Positions 25,217-34,540 of a stretch of DNA of 64,000 nucleotides are shown one piece after another. Numbering within the stretch: position 1 is the first letter of the stretch; every line of letters starts with the position of its first letter. The notes beneath the pieces are model-generated. The model worked only from the letters and a program-made list of their open reading frames with translations, was not told the DNA's origin and ran no database searches. The translations under genes and the position numbers were made by a program. This DNA is from Polyangiales bacterium (GTDB taxonomy: Bacteria > Myxococcota_A > Polyangia > Polyangiales > JADJQN01), in the NCBI GenBank assembly GCA_964202905.1, contig CAXNJO010000009.1:128001-192000 (forward strand). Direction: 5' to 3'.

Positions 25217-25232
25217 TGGCCCGCGCCTTGCG
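25217..25232 (+). promoter_or_regulatory. Sigma54 (-24/-12) promoter
   Basis: TGGCCCGCGCCTTGCG fits TGGCACG-N4-TTGC with exact GG-N10-GC spacing; about 25 nt upstream of ATG 25257, with a GGAGG RBS between. Confidence 0.65.
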
Positions 25233-25256
25233 TGGCGTCCGCGGCGGAGGTCGATC

Positions 25257-27296
25257 ATGCGTCGAACGGCAGCGCTCGGTTCCCCCCTCTCGTGCGTCCT
25301 CGTCGCGGCGGCGTGCATCCTGACGCTGCCCGCGTGCGGGCTGCTCCTCGACACCTCGCCGCCCGACCCATTCACGGGGTCAGGCGATGCCGGGGACGAC
25401 CGCGACGCACGGACGGACGACGACGCGGGACGCGATGCCGGACCGACCGACGCAGACGTCGACGCGGGGCCGACCGACGCAGGCGTCGACGCGGGCCCGA
25501 CCGACGCCGGCGTCGACGCGGGGCCGATCGACGCAGGCGTCGATGCAGGGCCGACCGACGCAGGCGTCGACGCGGGGCCGACCGACGCAGGCCCTATCGA
25601 TGCCGGGTTCGACGCGGGGCCGTGCACGGGTCGTGAGGTCGACGGCGACGGTGATGGAGTCAGCGTGTGCGACGGCGACTGCGACGACGCGAACGCGCTC
25701 GTCTACCCGAGCTTCGTCGAGCTGTGTAACGACGGCCTCGACAACGACTGCGCCGCCTCCACGCCGGACGCGTGCAGCGAGCGCCGCGCGGTCTACGTGT
25801 CCCAGCGCGTCGGCGCCGACACGAACCCAGGGACCCGCGACCGCCCCGTCGCAAGCATCACCCGGGGCATCGCGATCGCGCGCGATCTCGGCGTCCCCCA
25901 AAGCGTCATCGTCGGTGGTGGCCTCTACGTCGAGGACGTCACGCTGGTCGATCGGGTGTCGCTGCGCGGCGGCTTCCGCTGCGCCTCGGACGCGCTCTGC
26001 GACTGGGCCTTCGATCCGATCGCCGCCGAGAGCACGATCCAGAATCTCGACTCGGACGGCATCGTCGCCGACGCGACGGTGCGCGAGGAGACGGTCGTCG
26101 AGGACTTCCGCATCCTGGGCTCGGAGCCGTCCGGCAGTGAACGCGAAGAGATTGCGGGGTTCACGCTGCTCGGCGGCGCGCCGACGATCCGCGACAACGT
26201 CATCGAGGTCGGACTCGCGGGCACCACCGCCGGACTGAGGCCGCGCGTCGTCGGCGTGAGCATCCCGTCGACGGCGGGCGGGGGCACCGCACAGATCCTC
26301 GACAACGAAATCCGTGCGGGCGAAGCCGTGATCCTCTCGGCCGCGATCCGCATGAACAGCGCCACCGGGGAGCGCACGCGCGCCCGCATCGAGGGCAATG
26401 TGCTCCAGCCCGGAGAGGCGCAGCGCTCCGTGGGCCTCGTCGCGTTCAACTCGAACGACGGCACGGAGGTCGTGGACAACGACTTCCTCGTCGGGTCGTC
26501 ACGAATGGGCGTCATCCACGGCATCGAGGTCGCATCGACGATGCGCATCGCGCGGAACCGAATCCACGTCCCTCCCCCGGCGGGCACACCCGCCCCCTCC
26601 GGCTGCTCGACGTCGGGGGCGTGGTGCACCGGGATCGCGAGCGCGAGCGCGACGCTCGTCCTTGAAAACAACGTAATCTTCGGCCCCCCTGGGCCGCGCT
26701 CGACGGCGCTATTGCTTGGCGAGATCGAGGGGCCCGCCGGCCGCGTCTTGGTCGCCAACAACCTGCTCGACGGCGGCGGCGGCATCCCGTTCGGAACGCC
26801 GAGTGGCGGCGGCGACAAGAGCGCGGCCATGGTGTTCACGAACGGCCCCTGCGTGACGTGCACCCCCGGCGAGAGCCCGTTCGCGAGCCTCGAGAACAAC
26901 ATCCTGCTCGGAGGCCGCGCGACGTTTCGCTTCGGCGTCTACGAGGACCCGGTTGCCTCGGGCGGCGTCGCCCGCGACGTGTTTCCAGGCCTGCTCGCGC
27001 ACAACGTGTTCTTCTTCCGCCCCACCGCCGCTGCGGCGCCGCCGGGCGTGCTGTATCGCCGGTATCGAGGCGCCTCAGTGATGTCGATCGACGACATCGC
27101 GATGGTGAACGCGCTGACCTCTCCGCTCGCCTTCGCGAACCAGCTGGTGGATCCACAGCTCGACCCGACGTTCCACCTGCTGCCCCGCTCGGCCTGCATC
27201 GACACCGGCCTCTCCGACCGCGCCCCGCTCGACGACTTCGACGGCGAGGCACGTCCGCGCGGCGCGGGCTTCGACATCGGGCCGGACGAGTACTGA
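25257..27296 (+). CDS. Secreted lipoprotein with DAG repeats, a Cys/Asp metal-binding repeat, and a probable right-handed beta-helix body
   Basis: Lipobox LPAC, DGDGDG..DCDD..ELCNDGLDNDC, VYVS..G.D.NPGT..P..SI, many xN-ladder repeats, SACIDTG..DFDGEARP..DIGPDE C-terminus. Confidence 0.8.
   Translation: MRRTAALGSPLSCVLVAAACILTLPACGLLLDTSPPDPFTGSGDAGDDRDARTDDDAGRDAGPTDADVDAGPTDAGVDAGPTDAGVDAGPIDAGVDAGPTDAGVDAGPTDAGPIDAGFDAGPCTGREVDGDGDGVSVCDGDCDDANALVYPSFVELCNDGLDNDCAASTPDACSERRAVYVSQRVGADTNPGTRDRPVASITRGIAIARDLGVPQSVIVGGGLYVEDVTLVDRVSLRGGFRCASDALCDWAFDPIAAESTIQNLDSDGIVADATVREETVVEDFRILGSEPSGSEREEIAGFTLLGGAPTIRDNVIEVGLAGTTAGLRPRVVGVSIPSTAGGGTAQILDNEIRAGEAVILSAAIRMNSATGERTRARIEGNVLQPGEAQRSVGLVAFNSNDGTEVVDNDFLVGSSRMGVIHGIEVASTMRIARNRIHVPPPAGTPAPSGCSTSGAWCTGIASASATLVLENNVIFGPPGPRSTALLLGEIEGPAGRVLVANNLLDGGGGIPFGTPSGGGDKSAAMVFTNGPCVTCTPGESPFASLENNILLGGRATFRFGVYEDPVASGGVARDVFPGLLAHNVFFFRPTAAAAPPGVLYRRYRGASVMSIDDIAMVNALTSPLAFANQLVDPQLDPTFHLLPRSACIDTGLSDRAPLDDFDGEARPRGAGFDIGPDEY
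25434..25622 (+). repeat. Intragenic 27-bp tandem repeat encoding DAGPTDAGV, about 7 units
   Basis: gacgcggggccgaccgacgcaggcgtc repeated with a few substitutions and one partial unit. Confidence 0.92.
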
Positions 27297-27378
27297 TTCT
27301 GATCGCGCGCAGGCGCACGCGGCGCCGCACGGGCCACCACGCTCTCCACGGACTCGAACCGCGTTAGAGTCCCGCGCC

Positions 27379-28293
27379 ATGCGTACCCAGCCGCTCCGCC
27401 CCGCGTCCGCCGTGCTCGCCGCGCTCCTCGCGCTCCCTGCCTGCTCGAAGGAGGCGCCGCCCTCGAACGGGACGCCCGCCGAGCGCCCGCAGCCGACGAC
27501 GGCGACGCCCACGGCTGCGCCACCCGCTGCGCCGGCCGCGCCCGCGCCGATTCCGCCGCCGCCCGACGTCGCGGCGCCCCCCGCAGACGCGCAGCGGACG
27601 GCCTCGGGGCTCGCTTCGCGCGTGCTGCAGCCGGGCACGGGCACCGAGCACCCGACGACCCAGAGCCGCGTGACCGTGCACTACACGGGCTGGACGACCG
27701 ACGGGAAGATGTTCGACTCGTCCATCGCGCGCGGCGCACCCGCGACCTTCCCGCTCGGGCGCGTCATCCCCGGCTGGACGGAAGGCGTGCAGCTGATGGT
27801 GCAGGGCGAGAAGCGCCGGTTCTGGATCCCCGAGCAGCTCGCATACCGCGGCCGCGCCGGTGCGCCCGCGGGGATGCTCGTCTTCGACGTCGAACTCCTC
27901 GAGATGCAGGGGCCGCCCGCGCCGCCTCCCGTGCCGCCGGATGTCGCCGCGCCGCCCGCAGACGCCGAGCGCACGGCCTCGGGGCTCGCCTCGAAGGTGA
28001 TCGCGCGCGGCACGGGCACGCGGCACCCGGGCGCCGACGCGCTCGTGGAGGTGCACTACACGGGGTGGACGACCGACGGTCGGCAGTTCGATTCATCCGT
28101 CGCGCGCGGGCGGCCCGCGAGTTTCCCGCTGAGCCACGTGATCGCCGGCTGGACGGAGGGCGTCCAGCTCATGGTCGAGGGCGAGAAGCGGCGCTTCTGG
28201 ATCCCGGAGAACCTCGCCTACGGCGGCCGCCCCGGCGCGCCCGCGGGGATGCTGGTCTTCGACATCGAGTTGATCGGGATCCGCGGCGAATAG
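27379..28293 (+). CDS. Lipoprotein with two tandem FKBP-type peptidyl-prolyl isomerase domains
   Basis: Lipobox LPAC; VHYTGWTTDG..FDSS..VI.GWTEGVQLM..IPE.LAY..LVFD occurs twice. Confidence 0.95.
   Translation: MRTQPLRPASAVLAALLALPACSKEAPPSNGTPAERPQPTTATPTAAPPAAPAAPAPIPPPPDVAAPPADAQRTASGLASRVLQPGTGTEHPTTQSRVTVHYTGWTTDGKMFDSSIARGAPATFPLGRVIPGWTEGVQLMVQGEKRRFWIPEQLAYRGRAGAPAGMLVFDVELLEMQGPPAPPPVPPDVAAPPADAERTASGLASKVIARGTGTRHPGADALVEVHYTGWTTDGRQFDSSVARGRPASFPLSHVIAGWTEGVQLMVEGEKRRFWIPENLAYGGRPGAPAGMLVFDIELIGIRGE
27559..28275 (+). repeat. Internal direct duplication of the FKBP domain, period 375 bp
   Basis: About 27559-27900 and 27934-28275 share long identical stretches such as gtgcactacac and ggctggacgga. 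Confidence 0.9.
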
Positions 28294-28370
28294 CGTCTGC
28301 GTCGCTCGGGCGTGCCCCCCCCGGGCCCGCCACCATCGCGCCCCGAGCCGCGGACTCCGCAGCGCAGCGC

Positions 28371-28553
28371 TCAGGCGCGCGCGACGGTCGCGCCGTGCGC
28401 GACGGCGGGGCGCGTGCGCTCGGCGGGACGGCGCCCGACGGGCGGCTCCCACGCGAGCGCGACACCGGCGAGCGCGCCGAGCAGGGCGGCGACGGCGAGG
28501 GCGGCGACGAGCGGGGAGGCGGGCGAGGCGTCGGAATCGGGCGCGCGGTGCAA
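28371..28553 (-). CDS. Possible 60-aa single-pass membrane protein
   Basis: TTG start after GGAG; hydrophobic LVAALAVAALLGALAGVALAW. Confidence 0.4.
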   Translation of the reverse strand: MHRAPDSDASPASPLVAALAVAALLGALAGVALAWEPPVGRRPAERTRPAVAHGATVARA

Positions 28554-28725
28554 AGGGTGACTCCGTGGGAGAGGTGGTCGGCCTCGAGCAACCGGCGTGC
28601 CGGACGCAAACCCACGTTTCACAAAGGAATTCACGCGGGCCCGGCGCGCGGCGTGAACCCCGCGCCCGCTCTGCCAACCGGCGTTCACGCTCCCCGGCGG
28701 CAGCGGGCGGGCTATCCTCGCGGCC

Positions 28726-29415
28726 ATGACTTCCCTCCGCCGCGCGCCCGGCGCCCCACGGCTGGTCGCGACGATCGCCGTCGTCACGCTGTGCGCCGGG
28801 CCGCTACTCTGCGGCGCCTGCGAAGGCCCCGCCTCCCCCGGCCCGGCGGCCGCGTCGTCCGCATCGGCTCCGACGTCTGGCGGCTCGCCAGCGCGCCCGC
28901 TGCCCACCGATCATGCCGCGCCCGAACCGACCCAAGCGCCCGGGGCAGACAACGCAGGAACCGGGTCGGGGCCGCCGCCCGAGGTCGCACGCCCCTACGA
29001 CGAGAGCGCGGACGCCGACGCCGACGTCGCCGCGGCGCTCGCGCGGGCGGCGCGCGTGAACCGGCGCGTGCTGCTCGTGTTCGGGGCGAACTGGTGCCCC
29101 TGGTGCCGGCGCCTCGAGCACACGCTCACGACGGACCCGACGCTCGCGATGGCGCTCGCATCGGGCTTCGAGGTCGTGCACGTCGACACGGGTGCGCGCC
29201 GCTCGGGGAAGAACGCGGCCCTCGCCGCGCGCTACGGCGACGCCACACGGCTCGGCCTCCCCGCGCTCGCCGTGCTCTCGGCGGACGGGACGCTCCTCGC
29301 GACGCAGGAGACGGGCTCCCTCGAGGTCGGCGATCGCCATGATCCCCTCAAGATCGGGCTCTTTCTCGCGAGCATGGCCTCGCCGAGCGCCGCCGCCGAA
29401 GCGCCGGGACGCTGA
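28726..29415 (+). CDS. Exported thioredoxin-family protein
   Basis: Signal peptide with possible lipobox (CGAC), FGANWCPWC, cis-Pro loop GLP. Confidence 0.88.
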   Translation: MTSLRRAPGAPRLVATIAVVTLCAGPLLCGACEGPASPGPAAASSASAPTSGGSPARPLPTDHAAPEPTQAPGADNAGTGSGPPPEVARPYDESADADADVAAALARAARVNRRVLLVFGANWCPWCRRLEHTLTTDPTLAMALASGFEVVHVDTGARRSGKNAALAARYGDATRLGLPALAVLSADGTLLATQETGSLEVGDRHDPLKIGLFLASMASPSAAAEAPGR

Positions 29416-29418
29416 GCC

Positions 29419-30498
29419 GTGTCGGTGCCCGTGCGGGACTCGAAGGGACCGGTCGGCGGCGTGCGGCGCGCCCTCCTCGCGCTCGGCGCGCTGGGGCTCG
29501 CGGCGCTCGGCGTGTGGGTCGTGCTCACCTGGCGGAGCCCGCTGCCTGCGTCGCCGCTCGAGGCCGTGCCGGAGCGCTCGGTCGCGGTCGCCTCCGTGCG
29601 GCTGCGTGCGCTGCGCGCAGCGCCGGCGTGGCGGGCGCTCGTGGGCGAGGACGGTGACCGGGGCATGCGCGAGGCCGAGCGGATCTGCGGCTTCGATCCG
29701 CTCTCGCTCGTCGAGGACGCGACCCTGTTCGTGACCGGTGAAGAGGATGTCGGGCTCGAGCACGTCGGCTTCGTCGCGCGCGGCGCGGCGTTGCAGGGCA
29801 CGAGGTTCCTCGACTGCGTCCGCCGCGTCGTCGCCGAGGACCGCGGCGGGGTCCGGGAGATGCGCATCGAGGGCGAGCGCGCGCTCGCGTCCGCGCACGG
29901 CAGCGGGCGCGCGGCGTTCGTGCGGAGCGACGGCGTCGCGGGCGGCACCGAGCTGAGCGTCGCGGCGGTCATCCGCACGCTGCGCGGGGATGAGCCGAGC
30001 GCGGCGCGCGATCCGCAGCTGCGCGGGCTCTGGGAGCGCGTCGGGGCGGGCGGACGCGAGCTCGCCCTCGTCGCGCGGGTGCCCGCGGCGTGGCGGCGCG
30101 TGCTCGTGGCGCGCCTCGCCGCGCGGTCGGAACTTCGCGCGCTCACGCGGGTCGTCGCGAGTGATCTCGCGGCGCTCGTCGACGGACCGGCCGACGTGCG
30201 CGCGAGCACGTGCTCCGCGGCGCGTCGGCGGGCGCTCTGCAGCGATGGTCGACGCGGCGACCCGCGCGCGCGACGGCGCGCTCGTCGGCGCCGTGCGGCA
30301 CGCCGCTCGGCCGCGCGCTCGGCGCGCTGCGCCTGCGAGGCGGGCGGCCCCGACGCGGTCGGCAGCGTCGACCTCGACGCCGCGCAGCTGCGCGCGCTCG
30401 CGGCGCTGGTCCGCGAGGCCCTGCGCCCGGCTGCGGGGGACGCTGCGCCCGCGCCGCTGCCGACGCCCGACGCGGTGCTGCGTCCGGCCCGACCATAG
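29419..30498 (+). CDS. Membrane-anchored hypothetical protein, with a probable compensated frameshift at about 30200-30340
   Basis: N-terminal TM helix, CGFDPL motif; an Arg-rich out-of-frame-looking stretch near the end before normal sequence resumes. Confidence 0.6.
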   Translation: MSVPVRDSKGPVGGVRRALLALGALGLAALGVWVVLTWRSPLPASPLEAVPERSVAVASVRLRALRAAPAWRALVGEDGDRGMREAERICGFDPLSLVEDATLFVTGEEDVGLEHVGFVARGAALQGTRFLDCVRRVVAEDRGGVREMRIEGERALASAHGSGRAAFVRSDGVAGGTELSVAAVIRTLRGDEPSAARDPQLRGLWERVGAGGRELALVARVPAAWRRVLVARLAARSELRALTRVVASDLAALVDGPADVRASTCSAARRRALCSDGRRGDPRARRRARRRRAARRSAARSARCACEAGGPDAVGSVDLDAAQLRALAALVREALRPAAGDAAPAPLPTPDAVLRPARP

Positions 30499-30629
30499 CC
30501 TCGCGCCGACCGCGCGCTCTGCGCCCCCAAGACTCCGTAACCATTGAACAATACCCCGCGTCGCGCCCACGCGAAGCGCCGCACTGGCCCGTCAGCCCTC
30601 CAGCGCGGCGGCGCAGGCCCGTGAATCCC

Positions 30630-31856
30630 TCAGCGCGGCAGCGCGGACTCGAGCGCCGCGAGGAAACGCTCGGCGTCCTCGGGATCGACGCCCTCGACGC
30701 GCAGCGCGCCCGTCGGCAGCGTGCGGAGCATGAAGGCGACGCGGCCCCGACGCCCGGCGAGGAGGACGTCGAGCGCGAGGTCGAGACCCGCCCCGGCGAG
30801 CACGAGCAGCGCCCCGAGCGCGAGCAGCGAGGGCTCTCCGGCGCGCAACCCGTCGAAGCCGAGGAGCCCGCCGACGAGCACGCCCGCGGAGAGCCCCACA
30901 GCGCCGACGACGAGGCCGAGGCGCGGGTAGCGCACCTCCCGCGCCGCGCCCCCGAGGGCCGCCCAGCGCCAGGTCTCCGCGGACTCGCGCACGACCCGTC
31001 CGAAGAGCCGCGTGCTCCGCCGCACGCGCACGCCCTGCTCGCCCAGCTCGAGCTCGGCGTCGCGACGGTGGGCGGCGAGGGCGAGGAGCGCCCGCGCACA
31101 CCACGCGGCGAGCGCCCAGCCACTGACCCAGCGGAGCCCTTCGCGGAGCGGCCCGCCGCGCACGCGCCCGACGCGCCCACGCACGCGCGCAGGCCCCGCC
31201 GCGAGCCCCCCCGCCGTGCTCGGCGCCGGACCGCGCGCGAGAGCTTCGGCGAAGGCGCGCACCACGCGGTCGGGCGCTTCGGACGCCACGCGCAGCAACT
31301 CCGCCTGCGCGGCGGATGACCCAGCCAGCGCCGCGAGCCGCGCCGCCTGCCGCGCACGCGCCGCGGGGGTGGTCTCGCCGGCGCGCGCTTCGGCGATCGT
31401 GCGCTCGGCGACCGTGCGCCACACGGCCGCCCCGAGAGGCCCGGCGAGCAGGCGATCGACGAGCGGATAGACCGCGTAGGGCGAGGCGGTGTCGAGCCAG
31501 TCGGCGTGGCGCACGAAGCGCACGAGCAGCGACTCCGGCTCCCGCGCCGCCCCGAGCGCCGCGCCGAGCCCCACGACCCCGAACGCCGCGACGAGCGCGC
31601 GCTCCCGCGGCGTGCCTGGCCCTCGCTCGAGGACGTCGAGCAGGTTGCCCGCCGAGGTGCCCGCGCGCGCACGGTCGACGCCGTGCTCGCGCGCCCGGGC
31701 CTCGACGAACTCACGCCCCGTGAACAGCACGCGGCCCTCGGCCTGCCGCGAGAGCACCTCGAAGCAGAGCGCGCCGAGTGCGCGTCGTTCTGCGTGGGAC
31801 GCCACCTCCTCGGCGGCGCGCTCGAGGTCTTCGTCCCGCGCGGGATCGTTCGCCAT
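30630..31856 (-). CDS. Hypothetical membrane protein (helical N-terminus, C-terminal TM pair)
   Basis: Continuous ORF with GC3-type codon use, FVRHADWL motif, hydrophobic helices near the C-terminus. Confidence 0.7.
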   Translation of the reverse strand: MANDPARDEDLERAAEEVASHAERRALGALCFEVLSRQAEGRVLFTGREFVEARAREHGVDRARAGTSAGNLLDVLERGPGTPRERALVAAFGVVGLGAALGAAREPESLLVRFVRHADWLDTASPYAVYPLVDRLLAGPLGAAVWRTVAERTIAEARAGETTPAARARQAARLAALAGSSAAQAELLRVASEAPDRVVRAFAEALARGPAPSTAGGLAAGPARVRGRVGRVRGGPLREGLRWVSGWALAAWCARALLALAAHRRDAELELGEQGVRVRRSTRLFGRVVRESAETWRWAALGGAAREVRYPRLGLVVGAVGLSAGVLVGGLLGFDGLRAGEPSLLALGALLVLAGAGLDLALDVLLAGRRGRVAFMLRTLPTGALRVEGVDPEDAERFLAALESALPR

Positions 31857-31957
31857 GCGGCCTTGCTCGTAGCGCCCGGTCCCGCGGCGCGCAAACGCGC
31901 ATCGCCCCGCGCCGCGCGCACTGGCGCCCGCGTGCACGGGCCGCTAGCGTGCTCCCG

Positions 31958-32602
31958 ATGCGCGAAGAGGACCGGCTCGACGCGGTGCGCGACGTCTTCG
32001 ATCGCTGGGCGACGAGCGGGCGCGCCGAAGGCATGGAGCGCGGCCACGCGCCGACGGCACGGCAGGCCTTCGATCGGCTCGGCGTGCGCGCGGGGCAACA
32101 CTTCCTCGACGTCGGCTGCGGCAACGGCTACGCGGTGCGCTGGGCCGCGTCGATCGACCCGACCACGCGCGCCGTCGGCATCGACCTCAGCGCCGCGATG
32201 ATCGCGCGGGCGCGCGCCGAAACCCCGGCGCCGAACGCGCGCTTCATCCACGCGCCCTTCCCGCTCCCGCTGCTGCGGGCGCGCACCTTCGACGCGATCC
32301 TCTCGATGGAGGCGTTCTACTACCTGCCGGATCCGGGCTGGGGCGCGATCAGCGCGGCGCGCCTGCTCGCTCCGGGCGGCCTCTTCGCCTGCGTCGTCGA
32401 CTTCTACGAGGAGAACCCCGCGAGCCACGACTGGCCGGAGCAGGTCGGCGTGCCGATGTACCGGTTGCCCGCCGCGGGGTGGCGCGCGCTGCTCGCCGCG
32501 ACCGGGCTCGAGGTCGTCGAGCAGACCCGCCTGCATGCCCCCGACGCCCCGCCCGGAGACGCGGGGAGCCTGCTCACGCTCGCTCGCCGCCCGGAGGAGT
32601 GA
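31958..32602 (+). CDS. Class I SAM-dependent methyltransferase
   Basis: FLDVGCGNG, GIDLSAAMI, FDAILS, LLAPGG. Confidence 0.92.
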   Translation: MREEDRLDAVRDVFDRWATSGRAEGMERGHAPTARQAFDRLGVRAGQHFLDVGCGNGYAVRWAASIDPTTRAVGIDLSAAMIARARAETPAPNARFIHAPFPLPLLRARTFDAILSMEAFYYLPDPGWGAISAARLLAPGGLFACVVDFYEENPASHDWPEQVGVPMYRLPAAGWRALLAATGLEVVEQTRLHAPDAPPGDAGSLLTLARRPEE

Positions 32603-32698
32603 CCCCGCCGCGCCCAGCGACGAACGTGATAGAAAAGCGGGCGCAAACCCGCATCCACCGCCCACGGGCGCCCGAGCGCGTCCCCCGCAGGAGAACCC

Positions 32699-34357
32699 TT
32701 GGCGAAGCTCATCCTCGACTACGTCTACGACAACGAATCCGCCCACCGCGACCGTGTCTATCTCACGCAGCCCACCGGGGGCGGCGCGGTGGTCGACTAC
32801 ACGTGGGGACGCGTCGTCGACGAGGCCCGTCGCATGGCGGCGCACCTGCAGACGCTCGGCCTCGAGCGCGGTGATCGCGTCGCGATCCTCTCGAAGAACT
32901 GCGCGCACTTCTTCATGGCCGAGCTCGCCATCTGGATCGGCGGCTACACGACGGTCGCGATCTTCCCGACCGAGAACGCCGACACCGTGCGCTACGTGCT
33001 CGAGCACTCCGAGTCGAAGGCGCTGTTCGTGGGCAAGCTCGACACCTGGGCGCAGCAGCAGGCGGGCGTCCCGGCAGGCGTGCAGCGCATCGCGTTCCCC
33101 CTCGCGCCGCCCGACGCCGCCGAGGGCTGGGACACCATCGTGACGCGTACCAAGCCCCTCGAGGGCCGCCCCGCGCGCGACGGCGACGACCTCGCGATGA
33201 TCATCTACACGTCGGGCTCGACCGGTCAGCCGAAGGGCGTGATGCACTGCTTCACGAACGTCACGCGCGCGACTGAGGGCATCGTGAAGGGCATCGGCTA
33301 CACGGCGGACGAGCGCGCCCTCTCGTACCTGCCGCTCGCGCACGTCTTCGAGCGCGCCTACATCGAGTGCGCCTCGTTCGTGGGCGGCGGCCACATCTTC
33401 TTCGCGGAGACGCTCGAGACCTTCGTCGCAGACCTCAAGCGCGCGCGCCCGACGCTCTTCATCTCGGTGCCGCGGCTCTGGCTGAAGTTCCAGCAGGGCG
33501 TCTTCAAGAAGATGCCCCCCGCCAAGCTCGACCGGCTCCTCAAGATCCCGCTCGTCGGCCGCTTCATCGCGAAGAAGGTCCTCACCGGCCTCGGCCTCGA
33601 GAACGTGCGGCTCGCGGGCAGCGGCTCGGCGCCGATCCCGGCCGAGCTCATCGCGTGGTACCGCCGCCTCGGGCTGAACCTGCTCGAGGGCTACGCGATG
33701 ACGGAGGACTTCGCGTTCTCGCACCTCTCGTCGGTGGGCAAGAGCGAGCCCGGCTACGTCGGCTGCCCCTACGAGGGCGTCGAGGTGCGCATCAGCGAGG
33801 AGGGCGAGGTGCTCATCAAGTCGCCCGGCGCGATGGTGGGCTACTACAAGCAGCCCGAACTCACGGCCGAGGCCTTCGCCGCGGACGGCTTCTTCCGGAC
33901 GGGCGACAAGGGCGAGCGGCGCGCCGACGGGCTGCTCAAGCTCACCGGCCGCGTGAAGGAGCTCTTCAAGACGGCGAAGGGCAAGTACGTCGCGCCGGCC
34001 CCCATCGAGAACCGAATCAACGAGCATCCGTTCGTCGAGCTCTCGTGCGTGTCGGGCTCGGGGCAGCCGGCCGCGTACGCGCTCGTCGTGCTCGCCGAGG
34101 ACATCCGCGGGCGGATCGGCGACGCCGAGCTCCGCAAGCAGGTCGAAGACGAGCTCGCGCCCCTGCTCAAGAAGCTGAACGGCGTGCTCTCGACCTACGA
34201 ACAACTCCAGATGCTCGTCATCGCGAAGGAGCCGTGGAGCATCGAGTCCGGCACGCTCACGCCGACGATGAAGATCAAGCGCTCGCGGATCGAGGCGCTC
34301 GCCGAGCCGCACATCGCGGGTTGGTACGCGGCCAACAAGTCCGTCATCTGGGCGTAG
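32699..34357 (+). CDS. Long-chain acyl-CoA synthetase (AMP-binding)
   Basis: IIYTSGSTGQPKG, LPLAH, EGYAMTE, FRTGD, TPTMKIKR. TTG start with AGGAG RBS. Confidence 0.93.
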   Translation: MAKLILDYVYDNESAHRDRVYLTQPTGGGAVVDYTWGRVVDEARRMAAHLQTLGLERGDRVAILSKNCAHFFMAELAIWIGGYTTVAIFPTENADTVRYVLEHSESKALFVGKLDTWAQQQAGVPAGVQRIAFPLAPPDAAEGWDTIVTRTKPLEGRPARDGDDLAMIIYTSGSTGQPKGVMHCFTNVTRATEGIVKGIGYTADERALSYLPLAHVFERAYIECASFVGGGHIFFAETLETFVADLKRARPTLFISVPRLWLKFQQGVFKKMPPAKLDRLLKIPLVGRFIAKKVLTGLGLENVRLAGSGSAPIPAELIAWYRRLGLNLLEGYAMTEDFAFSHLSSVGKSEPGYVGCPYEGVEVRISEEGEVLIKSPGAMVGYYKQPELTAEAFAADGFFRTGDKGERRADGLLKLTGRVKELFKTAKGKYVAPAPIENRINEHPFVELSCVSGSGQPAAYALVVLAEDIRGRIGDAELRKQVEDELAPLLKKLNGVLSTYEQLQMLVIAKEPWSIESGTLTPTMKIKRSRIEALAEPHIAGWYAANKSVIWA

Positions 34358-34540
34358 CGCGCGCACCGCGACGCATGGCGGTGGTCACCGTGCCGTGACC
34401 ACCGCGCAGCGCCCCGTGCGGCGGGGTCGATGCGGCCCGGGAGCGACGACGTCGCCTCCGGGCCGTTGCCCATCGCGCGCCGCGCGCCGCTCCGGGGCCG
34501 CGAGGGAGAGCCGCTCTTGCGAGCGGCGTGCTCGTCGCCC

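Noticed and set aside
25434..25622. Tandem repeats here and at 45327-45512 as possible CRISPR arrays
   Set aside because: No unique spacers, periods are multiples of 3 within coding frames, and no cas genes are present.
28585..28640. GGACGCAAA resembling part of a c-di-GMP-I riboswitch
   Set aside because: The preceding GCAAA/GNRA-capped stem and the following P3 stem were not found.
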